In this document: positions 40,296 through 51,185 of the stretch, piece by piece | Numbering within the stretch: the stretch's first letter is position 1 | Layout of the letters: each line of letters starts with the position of its first letter | Assembly: GCF_001194135.2 (NCBI RefSeq) | Contig: NC_068984.1 | Span: 104,592,865 to 104,654,335, forward strand | DNA: 61,471 nt | From: Octopus bimaculoides | Lineage: Eukaryota | Direction of reading: 5' to 3' | Made by a program: the position numbers and the translations under genes | The notes under the pieces: model-generated | What the model saw: the letters and a program-made list of their open reading frames with translations, nothing else | The model's database searches: none | Told to the model about the DNA's origin: nothing

Positions 40296-40708
40296 CTCTT
40301 TTTTACTTGTTTCAGTCATTTGACTGTGGCCATGCTGGAGCACCGCCTTTAGTCGAACAAATTGACCCCAGAGCTTATTTTTTGTAAGCCTAGTACTCAT
40401 TCTATCAGTCTCTTTTGCCGAACTGCTAAGTTACGGGGATGTAAATACACCAGCATCGGTTGTCAAGCAATGTTAGGGGTACAAACACAGACACACAAAC
40501 ATATACACACACATACATACATACATATATATATATACACACACATATATACGACAAGCTTCTTTCAGTTTCCATCTACTAAATCCACTCACAAGGCTTT
40601 GGTCGGCCCGAGGGGGACTGAACACGGAACCATGTGGTTCGCAAGTAAGCTACTTACCACGCAGCCACTCCTACGCCTATCACTTACTACACAGCCACTC
40701 CTACACCT
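40296..40708 (-). mobile_element. SINE family B copy with duplicated 5' head
   Basis: Homologous to 27086-27490. cagccactcctac(g/a)cct occurs twice (~40662 and ~40692). Confidence 0.9.
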
Positions 40709-41366
40709 GTTTAAATATATTTATTTCCTCACACTCTATTATACATAAGTTTACATCAAAAACAGTTTAAAATAAAGTGAATGAACTTTGCTGCTTTGTT
40801 CATTATTTCAAGTCAGTTATGTATAACTGAGTATCTTTTCACCAATATAAGATAATAAAACTATTATAAAATAAAAATAAATATATTTTCAAGTACAAAT
40901 AGACTATTTTCTTTGAAATCTGCATTTAATATTGTACATACACTCTTTAATCATTTCAGATTTCCAACCTATGAATGCATTGCTATTCAGTGTTGAGTAC
41001 TATACAAGTGTTACTCTTATTCATTGTAGTTAAAAATTCAGATGGAGAATATTTTTGCAATGTTACATTTGTAATGACAGAGATTATATATTGTGTTTTT
41101 AACACAACATGGCAATGAAGAAATTTTATCACAGACAAAAATCTACAGCATCATGCTATTCAAAGATGTATTTATGTTAAGTATTATACATATGTGGATA
41201 TTTTAATTTAATGTTGTTTCATTTGCATACCCTATGTTTTATTCAGCCTGGCAAGCTTTCCACAATATCAGTGAACGTATTGTTTACAGTTCTCTATAGC
41301 TTAGAAGGGAGAAATTTCACCTGAGTTCATATCATTAACAAGGCACAAGAAGGTTGAACCATGACT

Positions 41367-42240
41367 TACATCATCATCATCATCATCATCATCATCGTTT
41401 AACGTCCGCTTTCCATGCTAGCATGGGTTGGACGATTTGACTGAGGACTGGTGAAACCGGATGGCAACACCAGGCTCCAGTCTGATTTGGCAGAGTTTCT
41501 ACAGCTGGATGCCCTTCCTAACGCCAACCACTCAGAGAGTGTAGTGGGTGCTTTTACGTGTCACCCGCACGAAAACGGCCACGCTCGAAATGGTGTCTTT
41601 TATGTGCCNNNNNNNNNNNNNNNNNNNNNNNNNNNNNNNNNNNNNNNNNNNNNNNNNNNNNNNNNNNNNNNNNNNNNNNNNNNNNNNNNNNNNNNNNNNN
41701 NNNNNNNNNNNNNNNNNNNNNNNNNNNNNNNNNNNNNNNNNNNNNNNNNNNNNNNNNNNNNNNNNNNNNNNNNNNNNNNNNNNNNNNNNNNNNNNNNNNN
41801 NNNNNNNNNNNNNNNNNNNNNNNNNNNNNNNNNNNNNNNNNNNNNNNNNNNNNNNNNNNNNNNNNNNNNNNNNNNNNNNNNNNNNNNNNNNNACCTCTTC
41901 CACGGGTTCCCTCAACTGTTAGGGTGTGGCACTTTTTCACGCAGCTATCCTCCTCCATTCTCACCACATGTCCATACCAGCGCAATCGTCTCTCTTGCAC
42001 GCCACAACTGATGCTTCTAATGTTCAGCTTTTCTCTCAAGATACTTACACTCTGACGGGTATTCACATTGACATTACACATCCAACGGAGCATACTGGCT
42101 TCATTCCTTGCGAGCTTACGTATGTCCTCAGCAGTTACAGCCCATGTTTCACTGCCATGTAGCATGGTTGTTCGTACGCATGCGTCATACAGTCTGCCTT
42201 TTACTCTGAGTGAGAGTCCCTTTGTCGCCAGCAGGGTGAG
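41367..42240 (-). mobile_element. 5'-truncated RTE LINE (ORF C-terminus plus 3' UTR, spanning a gap)
   Basis: LTLLATKGLSLRVKGRLYDACVRTTMLHGSETWAV...RLRWYGHVVRMEEDSCVKKCHTLTVEGTRGRG; (CAT)n at 41369-41396. Confidence 0.92.
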
Positions 42241-42651
42241 ACAATGCTTGCCTTGCTCCTATGAATATTGTGTCTTTAATCCATGTCTATGAAGAAGTTT
42301 TCTGTCAGACAAAAACCTTAGCATCATGCCTGTCAACTGTGTACGTACATTAAGCATAATATACTGATGGTTATTTTAATTTAATACTGTTTCAGTTGCA
42401 TGCACCAAGTTTAATGACTTACTATCTCGCACAGAAACAATTTCTCTTCTAATATGGAATTTGTTTTTTTTTAATTTCCTCTTTTTTGTCTTGGAGCTGT
42501 AGAATTGACAAGTATTATTTGTAGCCACTTTAACATGGCTGTCCATTTGAACGGACTCTACTGTGATTTTTTTACTCCAAGAGGACATCTCCTCTAGCTG
42601 GTTAACAATGCAGAGCTGCATCCAATAAATTGCGAGCAGGGGAGTGAACAC

Positions 42652-42746
42652 CTACCACCTTCTAGCAACAGGATCAGCATACCAGTTCTGGTTTCGGGCT
42701 ATTTCTGCCACTCCTCAGTACTGGACACCTGGTCTGCTAGAGATGA
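42652..42746 (-). ncRNA. Type I hammerhead ribozyme (core 42675-42723) with extended stem I
   Basis: Minus strand: CAGUA-CUGAGGA-G(U)GGC AGAAAUA GCCC-GAAA-CCAG AA CUGG-UA/UGCUG. Stem I CAGUA/UGCUG, then an internal loop (UGUC/AU), CAGG/CCUG, UCUAGCAG/UUGCUAGA and UCAUC/GGUGG. Predicted cleavage after GUA, between 42680 and 42679. Confidence 0.85.
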
Positions 42747-42989
42747 ATTTTTTATTAGGATAATTAATATCATATATAGAGTGGACAAAACAGGACAATA
42801 CAAACAATTATTGCTATTATGAGTTCGTATGATACTTAATTTTTAAAAATATTGAATGATATATAATTAAAATTTGACTTCTTTTTTTTTTGGTGGGGAT
42901 TAAACCTGATGGGCTGAAAAGCCCAGCATCTATAGCTTTTCCTTTTCCCATAAGGATTAAGCAGAGTCACTTGCACCCACCTTTCTTAC

Positions 42990-44080
42990 CACGGTTTTCC
43001 ATCTTTTCTTGAACACACCTCATGACAGGCATCTCTTCACCAGCCCTATGTTGCTCTTCAAATGATATCTGAAGTATGTCAGCAAACCAGGGCCAGAGAT
43101 GAAGGATCCCGTCATGAGTCCTTGCAATCTGGTCTTCCACACACACTCTTTCAACACTGCAACTGAACAGAGAAAACATGCCTCACCTTCCTTTGAGAGT
43201 CCAGTTGGTGGCACCATCTTTATTATAGACTCAGCTGATAGTTGTACTCTGCCTAGGTGTGACAACATGTTTTCAACATAAATTATCAAGTCTGAAAGCT
43301 TCTGGCACTGTACAAAAGTGTGTTGGATGGTTTCATCATCCAGCCCACATCTTGGACATGCCGTTGGCACTGACATTCTATGCCTGGATAACTTATTGTG
43401 AACAGGTAAAGTGTTCCTGTAGCACTGTCAGGTCAGGGATTTTTGGTAATTATCCAAATACCCTGGCCTGAAAGTTTTTTGGAACAGGTTGGCAAGTTGG
43501 TTCTAGTCGAACCCCAGAGCTCCTCCTAAGACATCATCATTTTTAAACTCTACCAGCCCTTTATGCAAAACCGAGGTGGACATCCCCAAACCACCCTTTA
43601 ATGGGACCTGGCAGCAGATGGAGTGCCTCACAAGTGGCTTTCCTTCTTTCCACAATAAGCGGAAGAGGAGGCACTCTAACTTGTTTAGCTATGAATCGGG
43701 GCAAGAGACAACAGTTAGGTGGTAGGTGATTACAGATGCAATAAACACCTGTACCACCTCTGCCCTTTCAGGGACAGAGCCCGTCTGGACCAAATCTGGA
43801 CTAGGGCCTCCACCCTGTCTTCCACCTCACTTCAATTCTTCTCTGTCTGGGAGTCCAGTCCAAACCAAACTCCAAGCAACTTAACAGGACCATCTGTCCA
43901 GTGACCCATGACAATATCAACTTGCTCCTCCAGGTGCCGAGGCACTAGCTGATGGACTTGTCCTTGTTAACTTTTGCCCCTGTCACTGCCTCGTATCCTT
44001 TGATAGTGTTCTCTACACAAGGTAGCTGAGCCTCATTGGACACGATGATGGAGACGTCATCCGCATAAGCAGAGACCAAC
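42990..44080 (-). pseudogene. Tx1 ORF2 remnant (RT domains 5-7 to C-terminal zinc finger)
   Basis: VSAYADDVSIIVS (YADD at 44056-44067), GAKVNKDKS, PVKLLGVWFG, CPRCGLDDETIQHTFVQC. Stops and frameshifts present. Confidence 0.88.
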
Positions 44081-44082
44081 TT

Positions 44083-44980
44083 ACTTTTCCTCTGTCATTG
44101 CTCTCTCTTTCACTTCTGTTGCATTTTCCAGCTTTTCTTCTCTTCCTTTTACCATCTTCGCAGCTTTTTGGGGGAGGGGACTCATTGTCTTTCTTTTTCA
44201 TGCACTTTGAGTAGATGTGGCCCTTTTCTCTATATTTGAAGCAACAAGGCCTATGTCCCTCAACGATTACTCTCATGGTTAGCCCCTCCTCTACAAACAC
44301 CCTATCGGGCAAATTTTGTAGCGTTTCGTTTGATGCTTGAATGACCATCTCGAGAGTCTGGCCTTTCCAGTTGACAGCTTCTTTTTTTTTCATTTGCAAT
44401 ATCGACACCGCCTCCTCTATGTCATATATGACCGCTGCTGCTACCCACATAACCTCATAACCAGCCGGCATCTCATCTACTGTAATTTTCACTGTTCTGC
44501 GACCCAAGTATGTGGGTAGCAGAATTATCTTGTTGTTTCTTAAGATCTTTGTGGAGATCTCCTTTACTATGTTAGCCATTTCAAACTGCGCTTCCACCAT
44601 TGCGCTTCTTGTTCCACAGCTAACATAGGTTACTCGGTTCCATATTGGAGCTATGCACCTTTCAACAACCTCATTCTTGGCAGCCATAATTTTCTTTTCC
44701 TTGATGTTGTAAATTTTGTACACCACCGTTTGTGCATTTATTGCTTGCACCATCTCTGGAGGAAGCAGTAGTTTGGAACTACTACCACTTTTTCTAATTA
44801 AGTTATGAAACTTAAATAATTGCTCCATTTTTACCTCCACTTCCGTTACATTGCTGCCTACAGTGGCAGAAAAACTGGATCTTTTCTTTTTCCTGTGTTT
44901 TTGTTTTACCTATATTTTCACTGGTATTACTTTTTCCATTGCAGGAAAATCTTTTTTTAATGCTATATTAAATTCCATCA
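44083..44980 (-). pseudogene. Tx1 ORF1 remnant (gag-like, zinc knuckle)
   Basis: Long open frame in the ORF track (44013-44840) containing VIVEGHRPCCFKYREKGHIYSKC, a CX2CX4HX4C with the second Cys mutated to Tyr (TAT). One upstream stop near 44910. Confidence 0.75.
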
Positions 44981-45852
44981 TATACTTTTTTTGAATTGCC
45001 AAAAATGACAAAAAAATGACAAAATAAATTCACCACCCAGCAACGGGTAAAGAAAAACAGTTCAGCAAAAATTATTATTTTTTTTCCCTACAATAATTTC
45101 AAAACAGAATTTTCTGCCCCATAGGGCAAAAATTACTGTTCCATGAAGGACAACAGTTCAGTTCAAAGCAAAACACAAAAATATCACAATACCAAACAAA
45201 ACACATGGAACAAACTCACATAAATTTGGTAACAGCAAATTATGACGCAAAAAATCCGAGTCTGCTAGAGATGATAGCGGCTCACTTCTACTCACAATAT
45301 ATATATTTCAAGTGAACACACAGTCGCTGATTTTGCAACAAGCAAAAATGCTTGTTCTAAAATCTCTCTAAGAGATTGACGCAGTAGTTTTTTAGTGACG
45401 AGTAATATTCATAGCCACTTTAACATGGCTGTCTGTCTGAACGGACTCTACTGTAATTTTTTTAATCCCAAGAGGATATCACTAGCTGGTTAATGATGCA
45501 GAGCTGTAGAATTATTTGCCATATATTCATTAGATTTTTTACATGCTTGTTTATTATTGATGCCATCTTTCACAAGATCCATGAGTGAGAAACATTGTTA
45601 TAAATTTTCTGGTAACCACTTTCATGGCATACTCAAATTCTTTCTTCTTCTACAGCTTTCAATTATAATTTTATTTGCCAATAATTGATCTTCACAAGCT
45701 TTTGTAATTTATTTTTCCAGATAGTTAGTTTTCCCTTGTAATATTATTGAAGTTAAGGATTTGTATACTGTAGGCAGGCAGGTTATAGGTCCATAGTTTA
45801 GAGATTTACTGCTTAAGTCTTAGGGATCAAAAAGCCATTATTATCATTATTA

Positions 45853-45886
<34 letters not shown>

Positions 45887-46654
45887 GGTGGCATGTTGGC
45901 AGAATCATTAGTACACTGGGTAAAACGGTTAGCAGCATTTTGTCCATCTTTACATTCTGAGTTCAAATTCTGCTGAGATTGAATTTGCCTTTCATCCTTT
46001 GGAATTAATAAAATAAGTACCAGTTGAACTCTGGGCTCAATTTAGATATTTCAACAAAGATTTTCATTAACATCTCATCCATCTTCTTTACTACTATACA
46101 TAGTTTTCTATTTTTGATTACTTTCAAAGCTGGTAGTCTCTTTCTTCCACTAGTTCATGCTTCATTTAGACATTGTAGTAAGGACCTTTCCTCTTCTGTA
46201 ACATTCTTTCCTTCCATAAAGTAAAATTTGTTTTTTTTCTGGGCTGTTGTTTCTCTCCTGAGGATTTATTGGTTCGTCTGCTACTTCTTGTTGCTGTTCT
46301 CTTTCTTCTGCTACTTGCTTTACATAGTCATTTTTTCATCTTTCAGTGTTGTGGAGATCCCTTCCAGTTCCATGATAAGATTTTTCTAGCCTAGAAGTCA
46401 TTATTCTGTAACAGGGAACATATATTTCTCTGTCCATGTTTTATGCATCCTTTTCCTGTATCTTGTTTTGGCAGACTTGCTTCTGTATAAGCATTCCATC
46501 ACAGTCCTACAGTCATTTTGAAACTGTCTCCTAATCATTCCAGTAGTATTTAGATAATGACTAGGTCCATCCTGCTGCATTGTAGGACACTTGCTGGGTG
46601 AGAGACCTCTGTTCGGGGATCTGGTCTTAGTAATGCAGTGACCTGAACAATAAT

Positions 46655-46822
46655 AATAATAATAACATCGAAAAATACCTTAGGAATGAGAACCCAGGTT
46701 CGAAATTTCCCCAAGACACATGAAGAAGGCTGGAGGGTATATCAGCGGGAACGTTGTGTTAACAACAAACAAGATGAGGACAAATATCCGTCAAATGAAA
46801 ATAATGTAAATAATGTACATTT
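46655..46822 (+). mobile_element. Penelope-type terminal-repeat fragment with a decayed minimal hammerhead (46715-46760)
   Basis: GACAC-aUGAAGA-A-GGCUG gagggtatat CAGCg-GgAAC-GUU-GUGUU. Stems I and II pair, stem III is the palindrome AACGUU, and three core or closing positions are mutated. Confidence 0.55.
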
Positions 46823-47329
46823 CTCAGAGGTTGGAAACTCATATTACTTACAGTGGAGGTGAAAGCACACTTTATCGAGATACCTTTTATATTGTGTCTG
46901 TGCAAGCATGCCACAGGTACTTCTGATGTGTCACACTTTCCACCTTCTTTCCACCTAACTTACACTTATTTGTTTCATCTGAGTTATACATATTCCTTAT
47001 TGAGTTTGTGTTTAGTGGTTGATCTGGAGCAACCACCAACAAACTTTCTGTGTCTCACTCTTAAGATTACTTTTTGTCAATCAATTCCATGAAGATACTG
47101 TTTTTACTGGCAGAATCGTTAGTATGTGGGACAAAATGCTTTTTGGCATTTTGCTTGTCTCTAAGTTTTGAGTTCAAATTCTGCCAAGGTTGACTTTGCC
47201 TTTCATCCTTTCAGGGTCATTGTTATTTCATGTTCAGTTAATCACTAGAGTTAATGTAATTGACTAGCTTCCTTCCACAAAATTTCAGGCCTTGAAGGGA
47301 TTATTACTGTTATTATTATTGATTAGACT

Positions 47330-47570
47330 CAGGTTCGTATTTATTCCTGGTAGAATTTATCTGGGTAGCAGGTTATTACCTGTAACCTTAGGTATCCACA
47401 AGCTTTCAATAGTCTTTCAAGTGCTTTAGACCCTCCTGATAATCTTTCCTGCTCCTAAAAGGCAAACTTTATGTAGAAGCTCTGCAGGACATTCTATTCC
47501 AATTTCTTTCAACCATTTGTCTATTATAGGCACAACCGTTTACAGCTTTCACATCCTAAATTCTTGAAAT
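47330..47570 (-). mobile_element. RLE-type LINE 3' fragment
   Basis: Minus strand ...DKWLKEIGIECPAELLHKVCLLGAGKIIRRV, typical of the R4/HERO-like C-terminus. Confidence 0.65.
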
Positions 47571-48589
47571 TTAAAATTTTATGGGATAATTTTCTTTGTT
47601 TGGTTTTCATTTTCTTTCTTTCTGATCCTGGAACCCATGCTTGCATGGATAGGTCAGACTTTGTTGAGACAGATTTTCAACAGCTGGATGCCATTCCTGT
47701 CACCAACCTTCTGTTTCTAAGCAAGGTAATATTCCCACATGGATGGACATGTTTTGGTAGAAAATTTGAAACAAAGGCCACTGCTTGTATAATGATAACA
47801 CTCATTTCCAACTATTGTATGAATGTCAAAACAAGGTGATACAAACTCTCTCTCTCTTTCACACACACACACACACACCTATATACATATAAAAATGCAA
47901 GGCATTTTATCCAACACAAATAAAGTTTTGATGATGATGATTGATGTTGAAAAAGAGATGTATAAAGATCTTTGTTTCTCCTGTACTTAGAAGAGACACA
48001 GTTATTTTTCCCTGTTGTCTGCAGTTAGGGAACAAACATTTTTATTAAAAATGTTGACAAGTTTTGTGTTTGAAAAAGGATGATCGATGTGAGGCACCCA
48101 TAATAGCTGTAGAAGTGGTTAACATTAGAGCTGTAATCTATCTTGAAAACTTTGCTTGACAAAGTGAAAAAAAAAAAGATTTTTTCTGTAGACATTTTTT
48201 TGAGAAATATAAGAAATGTGTAGGTGTTAAATCTATTAACTTCAGTAATGGTATAGTGAAACACAGCTGTGAGGTGAAAATGGCAGTGGTATAAACAATG
48301 AGTACAATAAAAATACTGACAACAGCAGAAACAACATGAAGACACAGTGGCAAGAACAATAAAATCGAAAAGAAAAAATAATCCAATAGGAGGTGGGAAA
48401 AAAAAGATGTTGACATCAACATGACTGACAATGAAAGGGTTGACAACGTTAGCAAAAAGCAGAATGAAAAAGTAATACCAGAATTAGTAACAACGACAGA
48501 AAACAGTAACATGATAATACAAATAGAAACAATGCAAAGAATGAAAATGATAATAATAATGTGAAAACTGTAACACCAAGAAATATTGC

Positions 48590-48910
48590 TGTTATGTTAG
48601 AGTCAACAACTTGTAAGTTGAAGTGAAGTTACAGGGTGAACGAAGTTGAGTGGAGATCAGAGTGGACCGAAGAAGACCAGAGGAAGTCCAAAGAGAACTG
48701 AGGGGATCTGAGGAGACCTGAGGTAACTTGAAAAGATTAGAGGGGATGAAATGGGATCTAAGGAAATCTGAGAGGTCCAGAGGAGATCTGAAGAAACTAT
48801 AATGGATCAAAGGAGATATGGGGAAACTTGAGGAGACTTAAGGAGAGGAGATGGGATCAAAAGGGACCGAAGCAAACCTAAAGAGGTTTGGGAGGACTTG
48901 ATAAAATCAG
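48590..48910. repeat. Degenerate ~20-bp purine-rich tandem repeat
   Basis: Recurrent gaggagatctgaagaaact / gaggggatctgaggagacct / gggatcaaagg units. Confidence 0.6.
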
Positions 48911-48999
48911 AAGCAACCCTCTAGAAGAGAAGTCAGATACAGAGAAGATAAAACCAACTGTAGCTTTCTCTAAATATTTGTAGACTTTAGCCAATATAA

Positions 49000-49460
49000 A
49001 AAAAATTCTCCTTTTTCTTCTTCTCTACCTCCTTTTTCTCTACCACTTTCTCTTCTCCTTCTCTACTTCTTTCTCTCCTCCTCTTCTTCCTCTGCCTCTT
49101 CTTCCTCTGCCTCTTCTTCCTCTGCCTCTTCTTCCTCTGCCTCTTCTTCCTCTGCCTCTTCTTCCTTTGCCTCTTCCCCTCCTCTTCCTCCTCCCCTTCT
49201 TCTTCTTCTTCTCCTTCTTCTTCTCTACTTCCTCCACTGCCCCTTTTCCTCTATCACTTACCCCTCTTCCCCTCCCCTTCTTCTTTGTCTTCTCTACCTC
49301 CTCCACCACCTTCTCCTCTACCACTCATCCCCCTCTTCCCCTTCCCTATCTACCTCCTCCTTTCCCTATAACACTTCCCTTTCTTCTTCTTCTTCTTCTT
49401 CTTCTCTACCTCCTCCTTTTCCTCTAACACTTCCCTTTCTTCTTCTTCTTCTTATTATTA
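49000..49460. repeat. Polypyrimidine tract with (CCTCTTCTTCCTCTG)n 15-mer and (CTT)n
   Basis: Direct reading; the 15-mer repeats about 5 times at 49079-49160. Confidence 0.9.
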
Positions 49461-50489
49461 TATTTAAGGTGGTGAGCTTGAAAAACTGTTAGTGTGTTGG
49501 GCAAAATGTTTAACAGCATTTCTTTTGATTTCTTACAGTCTGAGTTCAAATTCTGCTAAGGTTGATTTTGCCTTTCATCCTTTACCGGTTGACGAAATAA
49601 ATATCAGTTGAGCACTGAGGTTGATGTAATTGACTAGTCCCCTTCCCCCAATTTCATACCTTGTACCTACCATAGAAAGAATTATTGCTATTATTGTTGT
49701 TGTTTTCGTTTCATATCTGAAAACTGGGAATTTTTTGTGCTACATTCTTGCAAGAACATCTGTTAATTAACCCTCAAGTTTTTCTTTAATTATATTTAAG
49801 ACTTCTATAGTGAAACCAGAAGATTTCTGTCAGGATAGGAGAAATTCTAAGCAAAATATCTCAATCATTGCAGCCTACTGAAAAACAACATAAATAATAT
49901 TTTATTTTCTTTGATAATAATAGTCCTGGAAGAAGTCTGTCAATTTTTCCCACTTGTACACTGAGACATTCTTTTGATAATGAGTAAACATGAAATAAAT
50001 GCCATGGAGGTTAAAAATAAATTGAAGCAAAAATATTAATATTAATATAGCATAATAATGACACCAATTAACTAAACATTAACATGGAAATGAATTCAAT
50101 TTGGGTTGACAATATTTGTTTTAAAATGGTTAATGCAGCAAATAAAATTCTGAAAATTTCTTATGTAAACACTCAAAGACAATTTTTACTTTAGGCTTGT
50201 CTAGACAGTTAAACTAAAGAATTTTAAAAATTGGTTTTTGATTATTTTCTTTATATATATATAACTTGATTAAAATCTTTACAGAATGATCTTTTACATT
50301 TATAGAAAGATCTTTTATAAAAAAAAGTCTGAATTTTGAGAGTCATTCACACAAGTCTTTGGTATTTCAAAATAACATCTCACTTTCTTTTCTATTCTAT
50401 TTACTGTAATATAAATACAAGTAATATGAATTAATCAAACTCAAAAGCAATATGAATTTATAAAATAAGAGGGAGAATGTAATTTAGAT

Positions 50490-51122
50490 TATCATCATCA
50501 TCGTTTAACGTCCACTTTCCATGCTGGCATGGGTTGGATGATTTGACTGCGGACTGGCGAACCAGATGGCTGCATCAGACTCCAATCTGATCTGGCAGAG
50601 TTTCTACAGCTAGATGCCCTTCCTAATACTAACCACTCTGAGAGTGCAGTGGGTGTTTTTATGTGCCACCGCCATGAGGGCCAGTCAAGTGGTACTGGCA
50701 ATGGCCATGCTCAAATGGTGTTTTTTACATGTCACCTGCACTGGAGCCAGTCCAGCGGCACTGGCAATGACCTCACTCGAATGTTTTTCCACGTGCCATC
50801 GGCACAAGTGCCAGTAAGACGATGCTGGTAATAATCACGCTCGAATGGTGCTTTTTACGTGTCACTAGCATGGAAGCCAGTCAGTTGTTCTGGCAACGAT
50901 CATGCTTGGATGGTGCTCTTAGCGCTCCACTAGCATGGATGCCAGTCATCGAATTTGATTTCGATTTCAATTTCACTTGCCTGAACAGGTCTTAGCAAGC
51001 AGAGTTTAGTGTCCAATAAAGGAAATGTACGCATAAGTGGGCTGGTTACACCACTGGCATAGGCCACGGGTTATGGTCTCACTTGGCTTGCTGGGTTTTC
51101 TCACGCACAGCATATTTCCAAG
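50490..51122 (-). mobile_element. RTE LINE 3' UTR (same subfamily as 61-975)
   Basis: Reverse-complement match to ~305-970, including cgatttcaatttcacttgcc...tttagtgtccaat...aagtgggctgg. Confidence 0.9.
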
Positions 51123-51185
51123 TTTTGTGTATACACATATGAATTCCTAAAAATGTTCAACTATGTCATTTTATTATTAAGACCA

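Larger units (their letters stand above)
42747..45259 (-). mobile_element. L1/Tx1-clade LINE with both ends, large internal deletion and 15-bp TSD
   Basis: GTCTGCTAGAGATGA at 42732-42746 and 45260-45274. AATAAA plus short A run at the 3' end. ORF1-like and ORF2-like remnants. Confidence 0.9.
42507..45500 (-). mobile_element. Hammerhead-bearing non-coding retroelement (retrozyme-like or PLE terminal-repeat-like), ~1.3 copies of a ~360-nt unit, interrupted by a Tx1 LINE
   Basis: ~112-bp direct repeats at 42506-42618 and 45396-45506. Spacing 2888 minus the 2528-bp insertion gives 360. GAGCTGTAGAATT flanks both ends (42494-42506 and 45501-45513). No ORF outside the LINE. Confidence 0.7.

Noticed and set aside
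48025-48560. Asn/Lys/Thr-rich protein-like stretch
   Set aside because: Broken frames, low complexity and no diagnostic motif; possibly a decayed LINE ORF1 but unsupported.
49040-49427. (GRRGR)n RGG-like ORF and antisense Pro/Leu ORF
   Set aside because: Product of a 15-bp purine repeat with no splice context.
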